Source of the DNA: Conidiobolus incongruus B7586
Taxonomy: Eukaryota
Direction of reading: 5' to 3'
NCBI GenBank assembly: GCA_000697335.1
Contig: JNEM01007424.1
Coordinates: 1-52,611, forward strand
DNA length: 52,611 nt
In this document: one piece after another, positions 1-14,489 of the stretch
How positions within the stretch are numbered: position 1 is the first letter of the stretch
Layout of the letters: each line of letters opens with the position of its first letter
Program-made: the position numbers and the translations under genes
Notes under the pieces: model-generated
Database searches by the model: none
What the model was told of the DNA's origin: nothing
Seen by the model: the letters and a program-made list of their open reading frames with translations, nothing else

Positions 1-1528
1 TTGACAATCAAAAGAGTAGGAACACGATGTTCTTTGTAGTTATAGTAGCCACAGTATACCTTAGCCATATTGTGTTGTTTGGAACCAGCAGCTACAGCGA
101 TGTAACTTTGAGGTTCAGGGTCTGCAAAGGCAGGATCCATTTCTAACATACTGATACAGATATCTGGAGTACTTCTGTCATTTCCTGAACCAGTAATGAT
201 ACCATCAGCAACAATGAATAAGAGCTTCTTATCATCGGAATAATCAGTATTGGCTAAACTGTCCAAGGTACATCTCATAGAAGCTTCACCTTCGGAATAA
301 CAAGTAACCAACATAATACCAAATAATTCGTTGGGATCATCAGAAATTTGTTTGGATACACCATTATTAGCATACTGTTGTTGCTTTGGTACTACTGGTT
401 TCTTGTAATTATTTTTAGGACGTCTGGATAGATTATGACTAATAAACCAATGGAAAACAAAAGCCATGACAAATCGAATGAGAACAATGCCCAAAATAAC
501 TATCAAAGCCAAAATTTGGAAAATGTTAACTGCAAAACAACCAGGGGTCATTTTGTTCAATTCACCGGCTTTGTATAGACCAATTAAACAATCTTTAACT
601 CCTTTGAATTTTACATTCCTTTGGAATAATCTCGTTGCATCGGCTTTATCTTTGGTGGCCTGGATCAAAGCATAATCGAGCTCATCGGTAGGCTTATAGT
701 TAATTTTCTCTAAATAGGGCTTAATATCGAGAACAAATCCTTCAATGACAAATTTGCCATCATTAATATCTGCCCATTCAAATCCAGCCTTCACACCTCT
801 TGTTGGAATATCGGGGACTTGGTTATAAAGTTCGTATTCTTGAGCCATATATCCATCATCAATATATTCAAAAGGACATTCGGATTGGTCATCATAATTT
901 CCACAAGGTGGATGTTGAATGATATAGAATTCTGAATTGAGATTAGCACATTGTGTTATTACACGGCGAGGGCGTTTCATAAAAGGAGACATATTGGGAA
1001 TGATGTTGGTACCATGATTTTCGGGCCAAGTAAGTGGATATTTGGCACTAGCACCTGAATAAAGCTTACCGAAAATATTCCACAAACCAATAGCTAATAA
1101 ATTAGAAATTATTTGGTTAATTTATATTCAATATTCTAAAGAAAAAAAAATCATTTACTTGATTGACCGTTAGGACGTTTAACAGAATAAGTCAACAAAT
1201 CGTTCATTTGCTCTTCTGCAGGACAGAATACAATAGGTAAAAATAAGGTCAAAAATACTACAGCAGCACAGATCAGTGCAATAAGGAAACAAAGTGTCAC
1301 TTTTTCTCTCCAAGCTTGTTGCATATTTTTATCGGGAAAACCAGTATGCTTCAAAATAAAGCCCGGAGCCCAAAAGGTCACAATTTTGGAAAAAATAACC
1401 CAGGGATCAAATGGTTTGCGCTCTTTGGCACCGTCTAACATAGGAGCGGGACCGACTTGACGGTCAGGTCGAACTAATGTTCTTCCTCTCCTTAATGTAT
1501 TTCCTCTTTGAATAAAATGAGTATCCAT
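1..1528 (-). CDS. Chitin synthase, division 2 (class IV/Chs3-like), 5' part; runs off the window start
   Basis: Exon 1 (1528-1159) has RGRTLVRPDR, TFWAP and QAWREKVTLC. GT-AG intron 1158-1094. Exon 2 reads through to LVTCYSEGEASMRCTLDSLANTDYSDDKKLLFIVADGIITGSGNDRSTPDI, typical of the Chitin_synth_2 domain. Confidence 0.9.
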
Positions 1529-4500
1529 AGAGAGAAAATAAAAGAATTAGGGAAAAAGAAATGTATCAAGAGAGAATTAATTAACAAAGTGTAAATAAAT
1601 AATAAGTAGAGTAGAACAAGGCACTTTGTGTGATATTAAATTAAAGATAATTACTTTTTTAAATGGTAGGTTAATTAAATTAATTAAGTTGATTGTATCA
1701 AAAGAAAAAAGGAAACAAAACCAAAGAATGGTTAATGGGGGATTATATTAATATTTTTGTGGGAATATAATTGACTAAAAGTTTGTATAAAATGAGTAAT
1801 TGATCAAATGAAAACAAATAGTAAAAGCATTTTGGCTGAATAACCCCTTATGAATAATAATAATATTGTTCGATTATTGGCAATGAATGTAGTTTAGAGG
1901 TGCTACATAAGTGATTTGATAGGCTGTTTTATTTACATATATTCTTAGTCCTCAACATTTACGAATTGTCCAAGTTTTTGAAATTAATTTTGACCATGAA
2001 AGAATAATCTAAATTAACCATCCGAGCCAAATTGCCCAATGAAATCAGCAATTAGCCTGAACTAAAATTAAGAGGAGTGGAATGGTAAACAATTCTCAAA
2101 TTTTGATTGGATCACGTGCATTAATTTGAAAACAAACTGTATGGTGTAATATAAATGCAAGATTGGCTATTGAGATTCCACTCACAGCCTTAGATTTCTA
2201 TTAATCTTGTGCAACTAAATTCACTAGCATGAATATAAATCATTAAAATCTTATAATAAATCTATAAATTTTGGCAAATTTTCATACCGATGATTCAACA
2301 AAATATGATTAGAGTATTATAGTACTTAAAGCTCATAAGAATTAAATTAAAAGGGTTAGTTTGATTTATTAGTCAGCGTACTTATCATATCATGAATATG
2401 GCCTCCTTTAGCATTAAGGTAATTTCTGAGTGGTTCGATAAAATAACTATTACAATTTAGTTAGTGAACTTGATTAATTCTAAACAGTGTTGATATTAAC
2501 ATCCTCTTCAAATAAAATCAATATGACAATTGAACAGATTCAACCCTTATTTTTTTACGTTAAACAATTTTAGGTAAAATTACAGTTCATAATATATTAT
2601 TATATTCAACTTTTTCACTGTATTTTTTTTTAATAGAAATATTTTTATTTTTAGATTTAACATTATATATTGTGTATAATAAATAAACTGATGAATTTTT
2701 TACTATGTACACCTCAGGACAAAGACTATAAAATCTAGGTTACTTGAACCAGTAATCATTAATTAATATTATCAAGTTGGATAGTAAATCATTTTAACAG
2801 ATTTAAACTTATCTGCAAAACACACATATCAACAGTAAACTGATGATAATTTTTAAAACAAAGAAATTTATCAAGTTGCTTAACAATGAGTCCAAAGATA
2901 TTTTCAAATGAAAATTATTAAACAATATCCATTCCAAATAAAAATTTCCCAATTGTGCCGAGTTGCCATTTCTGGATATTAATAAGGTTTTTTGAATGTG
3001 CCCAATTTGAAATTCAATAACCCAAAAACAACAAATAATTCAATTAGTTTTAACGTTTTGGTGATTTGTTTTATTTATCTCTTACTATATTTTCGCCGTC
3101 ACAAATATAATTAATGATTAGTTAGGATTGAATTAATAATAAATATTTAAATTTGAATAAAATGACTTCAACACATATTATCAATAGGTTTATTATCTCA
3201 TCAATTTTGATATGATCAAAATATTAGCTTTAAGTTCTATAAATCAACTTATTTTATAAAGCACATTTTGTAGTTGTATTTAATTGTAATTAGTTAGAAG
3301 AAATTGCACTAATTTAATTTTTAGTATATAATGAGATACAAGTGATAAATATTTTTGAATTTAGGCTTTAAATCATTAATGTAGAACTAATATATTATAT
3401 TTCATCGATTATATATTTAATTTGTATTATTTTATTCATCCTTAATCTGTTTTATGAAAATTTGCATATAGCTTAATTAGAAGAATTCAAAGTGAAACTA
3501 TTTATGAAATGACCCAAATGTCAAAGATTTTTGATCAAATCTATAATGATAACATAATACTCAAATCGGATTTAAACCGTGGAACTAATTAAATCATATA
3601 TTTTGATTTATAATACAATTATTCCAACAGTTATTTTTATATATTTTTTGAATTAAGAAATTCTTGTACAGTTCTAAGACAATCGTTTCAAAGATATATT
3701 GTGAAATATGACTAGTGTAATTAACAAAAAAATTTATCTCCTTTCTAATTCTCATTTATCCAGATTAAAGCGATATCAACATTCTTGGATGGTTATTCTG
3801 GTGAAAAGATTATATCTTGGAAATAATGAAAATTGATTTATTGTACTGATAAATATAATATTCTAAATATATCAGTATTCAAGCCTTCAAATAATTTAGT
3901 ATTAAAAATGTAAATATTGCGCTTGAAATATATCAATTTCAAGTCAACGATTTGTTGTTTAAATTTTGAATATTTTAATATTACAGGATTGAAAATTAAT
4001 TCCAAAAATTTATTGAGTATTGGTTCATAAAATATAGTATTATTCGAATTTTATATTTATAACTTGGGTGATTGGTAATTGATATTGGTTTGATTAAATT
4101 TAATTTTAGAAAATATATATATATTTGCATTATTTTTGATAAGAAGGGATTATTAAGTATAACCTATATAATTTATTATAGTTTTTTTAAAATTATAGTT
4201 AATAGCCGAATCAATCAATTGAATCTCTGTCATATAATCATATCATTAATTTCCTCACTATATTCTCATTTAATGACATCAAATTATTTTAGAATTGCTT
4301 AAAAATTGTTTTGAAAAAATTAATTTTTAAAAGCATTATTAGAGATTAAAAAGTATTTATTTTATTTATAATTTGGCTAAACTAGTATTAATAAAGAATA
4401 TGTAGGTATCCATTTGGCATGAATTTATATTAATGGATTTTTATAGAATCAATATTATTAAGCTTTGAGCTATGATCCGGCTATTTTACTGGATTCAAGT

Positions 4501-5073
4501 CATATTGAATATTCTGGAAATTTTACCTAAATGGTGTAAAAATTATCCAATATGTCAAAATTTTATTACTTGACTATAAAAACTGGATTTAGTAATGATC
4601 TATTATATTTAAAGATTGTGAATTTGTCAATTACAATCAAAATCACTATTTTTGAGAATTTTTAAATTATTTGATAATTGATATATAAAGTAATAAAGGT
4701 AGATATTATCTATATTAATATACGTAAAATATTAAAATAATTTGAATATAAATTGAATTTCATATGAAAATAATTTTAAAAACTTTCATATTGAGTCACC
4801 TGGCCATTGTTCATTTTCAATTTACTGAACCCAAATTTTACAGATATCAAAAAATATGATAAAATTTATTGATAAAATTTATCCTATTGCTTAATATTTT
4901 TACAATTTTAAAATTAAAACTGAAACAATACAAATATTATTAAAAAAATTCAATAATAAATCACAAACTAAAATACATAAAATTAATTTATATATATAAT
5001 TAAGTTAAAAATACATTATTAATTCAAATAATATAATAGATTTACAAAAATTCTTTTGGTCAAAATTCCATAA

Positions 5074-8000
5074 TTATTTTTGTTTATATTTCTAATAATG
5101 ACAAAGTTAGTAAAATATAAATAAATTTAAAATAAGCTTACATCCTGCAATTTGGATAAGTGATCCGGATCTAAACTGTTACGAAGGCCTAACAGTGTCA
5201 TGGAGACTGCTTCCGTAGCTCCCAGCATGGGTTTGATCATAGCCACAGGTATGGCGCGAATCACAGCTTTCATTTTACCCTAAAGAAAATCATTAACAAG
5301 TGATGTTATGAATGATATGATGAAACTTACTTGAGTTCCTGTTGGTTCTTGAACAGCTACTGGAATTGCTAATACCGTTTTGTAAGCGGATCCCCAATTC
5401 TTCTTAAGACTACGGTAGGCGAATTCCATACCTAAAATTTTAATTCAAATCAAAATCAATCATTAAGGTATTGTTAATGTAAAGTATTACCTTCGTTCAT
5501 ATTAGAAGGCTGCTGAGCATATTTACTAAGTGCCTTACTACCCGATTTCACATCCTCAGACGAAGTAGAGGGATTCAGTATATTATCAGCATGCTCCAGG
5601 ACAACTTGGGCTCCCATCGCAATTTTAGTTCCAAGCTTGACAGCTTCTGAGGTAGTAGTCCTAGCGAATGACGAGACTCCATGCTGAATGCCTTTGACAA
5701 TCCTTCCGTCTTTTTTATACTGATCAAATGGCAGTAGGATCAAATCAGCGACACCCGTACCGAGATTGACGAGTGACCGAATTGGCGCAACTCCACTCAC
5801 CACTCCCGGAATTTGCGTTGAAGCGATATGGGGTAGCCAAGCATTGACCAAAGAACTGACAAGTTTGTCGACACCTCTGACCCCTTTTACTTTGACTCTG
5901 TCCAACACCATAGTAGCATCCTCCAGTGGAAACAAATTGACCAATTCGACAAGATTACCTTCCTTGAGTTGGTGTAAATCCATATGTTTGGGCTTATAAT
6001 CTACTTTGATTTTCAAAGGACTAATTTCAGCATTTTCTAAATCATTTCAATATCAGTATAATTAAAAATGCGTGAAAGAAATAACTTACGAAAATAAAGT
6101 GAACTAGACTGATTATGTGGTTGTGATTGTGATTGTTTAGTAGTTTGCGTTGGCGAATTGACATTTGAATTTAAATCAATGTTGAAGAATTTTAATAGGA
6201 ATAGAACGGCATCTTGATCGACAAATAGTCGAATTGGCAATATTGAAACCTAAACAACACCACATTAACAAAATAAAATAAAATATAACTAATGTATTTA
6301 CCCTCAATCTATACTCAACTGGCGGCTTATCAATAATCGGTTTAATTCCATGAAATTCGACATGGAGCATGGAACTCGTCGAGTCCCTAGGGGCCGCATT
6401 ATAATCTGATTTCAAGTGTGTTAAAAATTTTTTCCATGTGGAACTTGGGATATTATCCAAAATTTCCAAATCTTTCAAACTGCCTACGAATCGGATAGAA
6501 TCGGGGCTCACTTTGTCGAGGAAGTTGTAAAGTTGAACTTTGATTCCGGTAATGTGCATTTCGATGGATGGTCGCGCTGGTCGTAGCGATTGCGAGGTGG
6601 AGCTTTTGGATCTGGTGTGGCCTGGGACATTTGATGCGGTTGGGTTAGTTTGCGTATGTGATGCAGACACTGGGAAGTCATGACCATCGTAAAGTTCAAC
6701 AATCAAGTTCAAATCGTGGATTCTCAACTTTTGAGCGACGTAATCCAAATCAATGGACTCTTGACTGTCCATCAAAGGATCGGGAACTGAAAAATATTCT
6801 TCAAGTGTAGTAAAAGGTTCATTGTCCAGTATTTTTACATCACCTTCAATAGGTCCCTTATAGCTGAATTGACCCGATGGCGACGTATCTGAAGAGCTGA
6901 ATCCATCTTTCTGCCATCCCTCGTCAGCGTGGACAATATCGTCATTTTCGTAATGACTTTCGTAAAGTTCCAAGTGATCATTAACAGGAGTTCGCTGACC
7001 CATCATAGACACCTCGGTTTGGGAGCTGTCCAAACTGGTTTTGTTCAGACTAAACGCATCCTGATCTAAACTTTCTAGAATATTATAATGCAATGACTCA
7101 TCCAAAGTTTCATTATACTGCGGTGGCGGGAGTGGCGGTGATGGTAACGGCGAGTTATTGGGATTTTTATCGCCCTGGTTGGAAATATAATTAGCCAACG
7201 ATAATAAAAGATTCAACGAATCTGCACACAGTCCAACTTTGACCTGCTGACCCCAAATATCCAACTGAACCAAAGGCAGTGCATTAGCTCGAGGACTCAA
7301 ATTCACATTAAGTTTCAAAAAATCCGTCTTCAAGACTGAGCAAAATCCCACAGACTTCCAGTACCCAAAAATATTCCCTTCAAAGCCTTTATAACGAGCA
7401 TCATTCAAAGCTTGGGGGGCTGTTGTTAGGGGAATATTGGCATTGGAAAATGGATAGTATGTCGATCTCGATGGGAAATGGTCGGCTCGATCTTCAATCT
7501 GGTAATTTCTGACTAGGAATTGAGTGGACTGCAAACCCACTTTGAGCCATATTGAAGGTGCATTGGGTGATATGTGGGTGTTCAATGCACAGTCCTGAAT
7601 TAAGAATAATACTTCAGTATCTAAATTAATTGGACGATACCTACACGAAATATCCAACAGTGAAGTATTCATTCTCAGCGAAAGTTGAGTAGATCTTGAC
7701 GAACTAATTTTAGATTCAGTATTTGCAAAAGAAATTAAATCATTGATCATTCTTTCATCTTCAAGACATACTCGAATATCAATTCCGTTGATGGTCAAAG
7801 ACAACCAAGCATTTTTGCGATTCATAATGGGTGGAATAATCTTAGAGAAAAAGGTCAACGACAGGCATGGCTTTTTGTGGGATGGGATCGTTGGGGATAT
7901 GACGCATCGATGGCACTCTTCATCAGAGTCGTCGAATAGGAACATATCATCGCTGTCGATCATGCAGTAGGATTGCGTCTTGCCTTGGAATTTGGTCACT

Positions 8001-11000
8001 GAGAAGAAGTGACATTCCTGGAATGTCAAAGTGTACCGTCTCGATGTGATATCGGATTCGTCATCATCGAATGTGAGTACAATATCGATATGCGGCATGA
8101 AAACAACAAGGGATAGCATACTAGGCAACGACACAGGCTCCTGGATTTCGTAACTGGATTTAAATAACTGAGGAGGTCTCGCGGAAAAGATAGACGACAT
8201 ACCTTCTTCATCGTTAGCTGTATAAAATGACGACTCCATCGTGATACTATCTGCGGGATCTGGACTGGGACAAGACTGTGGTTGGCCGCCACTGTCCCTA
8301 AGGAAGCAAGGCTCCCACGACGAGATATCCGTGACCATAGACATGACACTATCGTATTGCAGGGAGCTCATTTCAATCTTGAGGTTTGGGAAAACGCAGT
8401 TTATTACGAATAAACTCGTCTCAATAGTACTCTGCTTGAAGCTTAAAATCTCCTCCCCGTCATCCAATTCTGTCACCTTAACCTTGTCCTCAAAGAAATC
8501 GTCAAAGGGTTTGGGGAATGGAATGGGGAGCTCGTTAGAATAATAGTTTCTGTAGCCCGGGGTCGGTTTTGCTCCAGAGTTAATAGTGATTTCCAAATTT
8601 GGCGACCCCAAACTCTCTGTGGACGGTGAAATATTCATAAAGTTATGGAATATATTCGTATCGATATTGTGCAAGAATAGATCGAGTTCTTCGTACTCGA
8701 TCTTAATCTTGTTGGATTCTGAAGTTATCAAGGTTGGGATGTTCTCGGAGATTGGGAATGTGACAATGGGAGACTTGACATCCATAATCCACATATTGTG
8801 ATGAATTCTACATATTCTGTGATTTCGTAGATCTTCGTCATCGAAGACCCCAGATGGTGTATAGATTAAAATTCGGATGAAATCTGTTCGCAAATCAATA
8901 TTGGGCTTCGAAGAACGATGCGCCGGTAATGATGCTTGACGATCTAAATCGTGAATGATGGTTTGTTCACTGTATGATCGTGTACGTCTCTGCTTTCTCT
9001 TCGTCGTGGCATTGCCGATGTTGCTACCGGAGTCTTTGGGTAGAACTTGGTTGATTAAATGCTCCAACCTATCAACCTTTCTAGCATCCACCCTAAGCCA
9101 CAGAGGTTGCGTCGTTATTGCAATATCAGTTCCATTCTTATTATTAGTCTGAAGTTTTACCGAAATATGTTCATGATCCCCATACCTTGCACCACTATCA
9201 CTCCAAGGGGGCAACAATCCAAACGAAACCATATCGGAATCCTTGATCTTGGGCTTATTCTGTTTAGTTCTGGACCAAAACGAAGGAAGTCCAGTCAAAA
9301 TGGAATTATGTTGGTTGTGGTTCATGATATCGAAGAACGATGTGGCGTTGGGTAAATTAGTATCGAATCCGATTATTGGAAGATAGGTGTCCCTTGGCCA
9401 AGATTTGAGATCTTCACTTTCGGGCTGGGGATAGTCGGAAGATGATAAATACTCCCAAACTTTGAATATTTTGAACTTTGTATGCAGATTAATTGTATTG
9501 GATGATGAGTCTGTCATATGCGATGTGTAAGATCCTTGGATAGCTATTCGCGACAAATCTATCCCTAGGTGGGATTGCTTTTGAATGTCCGATAGTGAGC
9601 GGTCATGCAATGTTGAAAACTTTGAATATAGGATATAGAGTTGAATTGAAGTTAAATTAATATCAAAATTGATTTCCATCCTAGGATCAGAAGATAGAAG
9701 AGAATCTGGATAATCTGCTGGAGAGTACATTGGTTGTTTGAGATATGTCGAAGGCGAAGGTGGCGAATACATTGAAGACTCTTGACTACTGATCTGTTTT
9801 TCTGGAAGTATGTATTTGATAAAATTCATCAGTGAACACAATTGGTCAGAGTTAATACATAATACAATCGGTTTAATGGTTGATTTGATGCGAGCTTGTA
9901 TAGAATTGGCAATATTCAAATGCTGATATGGAGGAGGCGCAGGATGTGGTATGACTTTAAGTTCTAAAAGTAATTCATGTGATATGCCATCAGCACCCCA
10001 AATTAGTGGATCTGATATACTGTCCAATTTGAATTGTATTTCATGGAGAATGAATCTGCGGTGGTATATTTTTTCTCTAGCCTTGAGATTGATATTATTC
10101 ACATTAACGTTGGAAGAATCATCAAAGCATTCAATTTTACTGACATATATATTTAGTTGATCAATTGCTGATCCTGAGTTAAGATCTTCATCAATGGGCT
10201 CTTGTGTAATATTAGGCGCCAAATCACTCAAAATATCTCTCATCATTTCCGCAACACTGCTATTATTAAGATTTTCATTCTGGTCAATGTTAGGCTTAAT
10301 AGTAATATAAATATCCTTCAGTGTAATTTTCAGCTTGCTGAGTAATTTCTCCATATACCCACTGATCAAATACGGAGCATCTGGCTGCTTCTTAAGATTT
10401 TCAATATCCGAAGCATTTTTGCTGTCTTCAACGATTTCAATAACTGTATCTGGAAATGACGAGGGCAGTGGCTCATTTTCAATCTCGTTCAAAAACTGAC
10501 TTGCCATTTGGAATGTCGACGCCTCTATCGTGGATTTAAACATTTCGGAAGCGACAGTATTTCCTAAAGAAATTATAAGATAAAAAATAAAACTGATTTT
10601 AGATATATTTACCGTTAAAATGATTGTCGATAGCTGGTGATATTACGAAATCGATCCCCTCCAACTCGATATGACACGGTTCTGATAATATACTCGTCCA
10701 AGGGATGTGGACTGCTACACTCTGGATATTTCCCTGGTGTAAAATAAAAGGCTGTCCAGATAATTTCTCATTTATAGCCTAATTTCAAATTAATAAATTA
10801 ATAAAAATAAAGGACGAATAAAAAATCTCCAAATTAATGAAAAATACTTACCTCAACATTAACTTCAATCCCCCTCAGAGCAGCTCTTCCCTGAAATAGT
10901 TGAAAGTCCAAATTATCTGTTGAGAATTCGGTCTTAACGAAAGACCCGAGAGTTTTCTTTAATAGAAATAAAACTATCTGCTTTTGTAAATCCCCTCCAA

Positions 11001-11040
11001 ATGAAAAGTTTGGAATATTGAAAGAACTAAACGGGTTCAT
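5074..11040 (-). CDS. ATG2: Autophagy-related protein 2 (lipid-transfer protein), multi-exon
   Basis: Chorein-N-like start (LQKQIVLFLLKKTLGSF...LFQGRAALRGIEVN). Long middle exon with LCADS and LEILDNIPSSTWKKFLT. C-terminal KVDYKPK, ELVNLFPLEDA, APIRSLVNLGTGVADLILLP.DQYKKDGRIVKG, AIPVAMIKPMLGATEAVS..LLGLRNSLDP. An 18-nt last exon (5091-5074) completes ...QDKYKQK*. Short GT-AG introns link the track ORFs. Confidence 0.92.
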
Positions 11041-13195
11041 TTATTTGATAATTATTTGGATGGTAATTATTATGATTAGTAATGAGTTAATAATGATACT
11101 AAAGACTGTTTTAATAGTATATAAATTTCAATAGTAGTAATAATAGATAAATATATATAATATATAAAGATAGTCAATATATTATAAAGTATTATTTTTG
11201 TATATGTAATAATTAATAATTTTTAAATTGATAATATAATATTTTAAAGACCATCCAAATCAAATTTAACCTCATTTATATTTAATTAACTTAAATAGTC
11301 ACCTCGTCAGGGTTTTGACTTTAGTAAGTATTTATGGGAATTTTTGTTAATTGATTTGAGTCGGTGATTTCATGTGATTTGATTAGTGAATTGAGTTAGT
11401 AATTCAAGTTGAAATTTTTAAAAGTTTATTTTGGTCGTGTAAATTTTGAATTTATCAATAAAATATGATTTTTTTTCTTTCAAATATTGTGTTTATATTA
11501 CTTTTTTAAGTGTAATAATAGTATTTATTCAATTCAATTATTTAAAATAATCATTTGGATTATCGTCAGTGTTCAGTAATCAAGTATATTAATAAAACCC
11601 AGCACTATAAATATATGTTTATAGTATATAAAGAATATTTTATTAATCAAGCATAGGTAATTGATAAAATTTGAGAAAATATATCAATATACAATATATT
11701 GTAAAATGTTATAATTAAAAACTATTACAAATATTCTTAATATCAAATTGAATTTATAAAATATTTAAGTCAATCAATTACTATTTAAAATAAATTAACT
11801 AATCACCACCACAGATTTTTGGACCTTAAAAATGAAATTGAAAAGCACTGTACAATATAAATTACTAAAATTAATTATAAAATATCAATATGGACAAAAT
11901 TCTAAAGCCTGTCAATAGTCATTTTCTTAATATAGTAAATATCTACTATACAAGTATTCTTTTAATCATTTTATTATTTTTAATATAGTAAACTAATTGC
12001 GCTCAAAATTATAACATATAACATAAAAAACATTTGGTAGTTATATATATCATATTTTCAATTTTTTAATTCAATAATCTTGAGTAATTTTGTCAAACTT
12101 GATTTAAGTTAATATTGAATAAAATAATTAAAAACAAGCTATTAGACTTTAGACATTCTTTATTCCATCAAAATATTGTTGATATTTAATTTTCTTCAAA
12201 ATAGTAATGATATGCTTATAAGTCATAATCATTGATATGACTAGGTTTATTCTTTCAACAATTCAATGAATTGTAATTCATTATATTAATATTAATATAT
12301 ATTATTTATCAATTCATTAATTGCCATCAGTAGTTATATAATATTAACAATATACTATCTTGTTCTTCAATATATAATATCATTTTTTGATATTTTTATC
12401 TGATAATATTTACCAGTTCATAGTTTATTCAAAATATTTATAAAAATTTGAGTTATTTATCTGAATCTAATTAATTAGTGACTATCAATTGAAAAGTTGT
12501 GAATATATAATATTCAGTGAAATTCATTGTATTTGATTATATTAATGATAAAATAAAATCAATATTAATATTAGATTCAAATTTAAAATTTTTTATTTTT
12601 AATATTAATTTCATATATAGCAATACTTAATAAAATATTAATTAAATATCTTAATTTTAAAATATAATTTTATAATATACTTGATATTCTCATATAGCTT
12701 CCCTAATAGTCTATTTTTATAAAATAATAATTATATATTAGTCTTTAATGAATTCAATTAATTGATTAACTCACTTATAATTTGACTTAATTTAGTTTTT
12801 ATCATATTCTATAATTCAATCCTAGTTTTATAAATAGTTTTTTAGATATTCATTTTAACTTTTATTGCACTATATTGACAAATACAAGCTTATAATTAAT
12901 ATTTTTCTTATTTTATGTAATCTAATAAGAAATAGATCTGAAAATTAAAATCGATTACTTGTATAAATGAATATTTACAAAAAATACTAAAATTTTTATT
13001 AATCCCTAAATATTCCCAAAATTTCCATTGGTTTTAAGTATTTATTAAACTATTTGATATGAGTTTTGATAAACTATCACTGAAAATATACATACTTGAT
13101 TATTAATTACAATAATTTTTAATCTCAAAAAATGTCCTATATATTAATTTAATACTATACTTTGAAAATATTTTGATTTTATAAATATTCAAATA

Positions 13196-14487
13196 TTACC
13201 AGAGAATCAAAAAAAATGGGAAATTTTTTAATTTTTGTTTTTTTCAAATATATTATTAATTTCAAATAAAAAAATATATATAAAACAAATAGGAAAATAT
13301 ATAGTTTTGAATTATATATATAATAATTTTTTGGATTAAAAAATTAATTTTTTAAAATTATTTATTTAATCATACTTAAACTAAATAGTAACTATCAAAA
13401 GTCTTTTATTTTAGTATTAGTAAAACTTAACCACAAACCCTCTAAAATTATTTAAAATTTACAAGCAACTTTTAATAATAAAGTATTATCTAAATCAATA
13501 ATTTATTGCTAGGTAAATTACTTTAAAGTTAAAAAAAACTACTTAAAACCTGTTAAAATTTAAAAAACTAATTTCAACTATTATTCTTTTAATTGTTAAT
13601 AAAATCAAAAATTATATTAAAAAATACATTTTTATTTCAGTTAAAAAATTATTAAAACATTATAATATTAGTTATATAAGTATTTTATATATATTAAAAT
13701 TTAAATTAAAATTAATTAATAAAAATATAAAATAAATATCTTATAATTTAATTAAAGCTTAAAAAAAGCTAAAATAGCTATTGTTAAACAAAACTTACTA
13801 AGGTATAACTAGAAACTAAAGCTTTTATAATAAATTATTACAATTAATAAATCTTAAATTTTTTTGTATAATCTTTTGTTAAAATATAAATTAAAGTGTT
13901 AGATTAAGTTATATCAACCTTTTTTATAAATTTTTTTAAATAAGTACTTTGTTGATAAATGAATGTTAATTGTTATAATAAATTATAATAATATATATTA
14001 CTTTTATTTAGTTTTTAAAAAAATCAATTAATAATAAATTTTATATCTTTTTTAAATAAAACTATTTCTAGTTAGTATTCTGAATGTAATTTGAGAAAAC
14101 TTATAATTTTATATGATAATTATAAAATACATAAATTTAAAGATATAAAAAACTTTCTAATTAAAAATAACTAGAAAAAACTATTATATCTAATATATTC
14201 ATTAGATTATAATTTATAAAACTATAATTGCTTTAGGTAATTAAAAAATTAAATTATAAAAAAAATTTGAATAGAAAAATTAAACTATTTATAAAATTTT
14301 AAATTTTAATTTATAATAAAAAGAGTTATTTTTAAAATATTAGAAGTTTATTAAAAATATAACAAAAAACTCTTAAAAATAATAAAAATCATTAATTTTA
14401 TATTATATTATTATTTTATAAATTTTATATCAAAATATTTTTTTATTTATAAGTTAGAAAATTCTTACTATTTAAAATACAAACTAA
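13196..14487 (+). mobile_element. mariner (DD34D) transposon copy A, hypermutated
   Basis: About 1.29 kb with degenerate ~30-bp TIRs (TTACC...AATGGGAAATTTTT) flanked by TA (13194-95, 14488-89). Aligns over its whole length to the reverse complement of 16562-17875. Decayed transposase at about 13372-14395. Confidence 0.88.
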
Positions 14488-14489
14488 TA

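Noticed and set aside
2600..4900. AT-rich intergenic DNA including ORF 4072..4302 and a short inverted match (about 2740 vs 4484)
   Set aside because: Low-complexity I/Y/F/K ORF with no motifs, and no convincing TIR/TSD or transposase signature.
11500..13100. Possible further decayed transposon
   Set aside because: Manual translation of the part I tried gave no identifiable motifs, and no terminal repeats were found.
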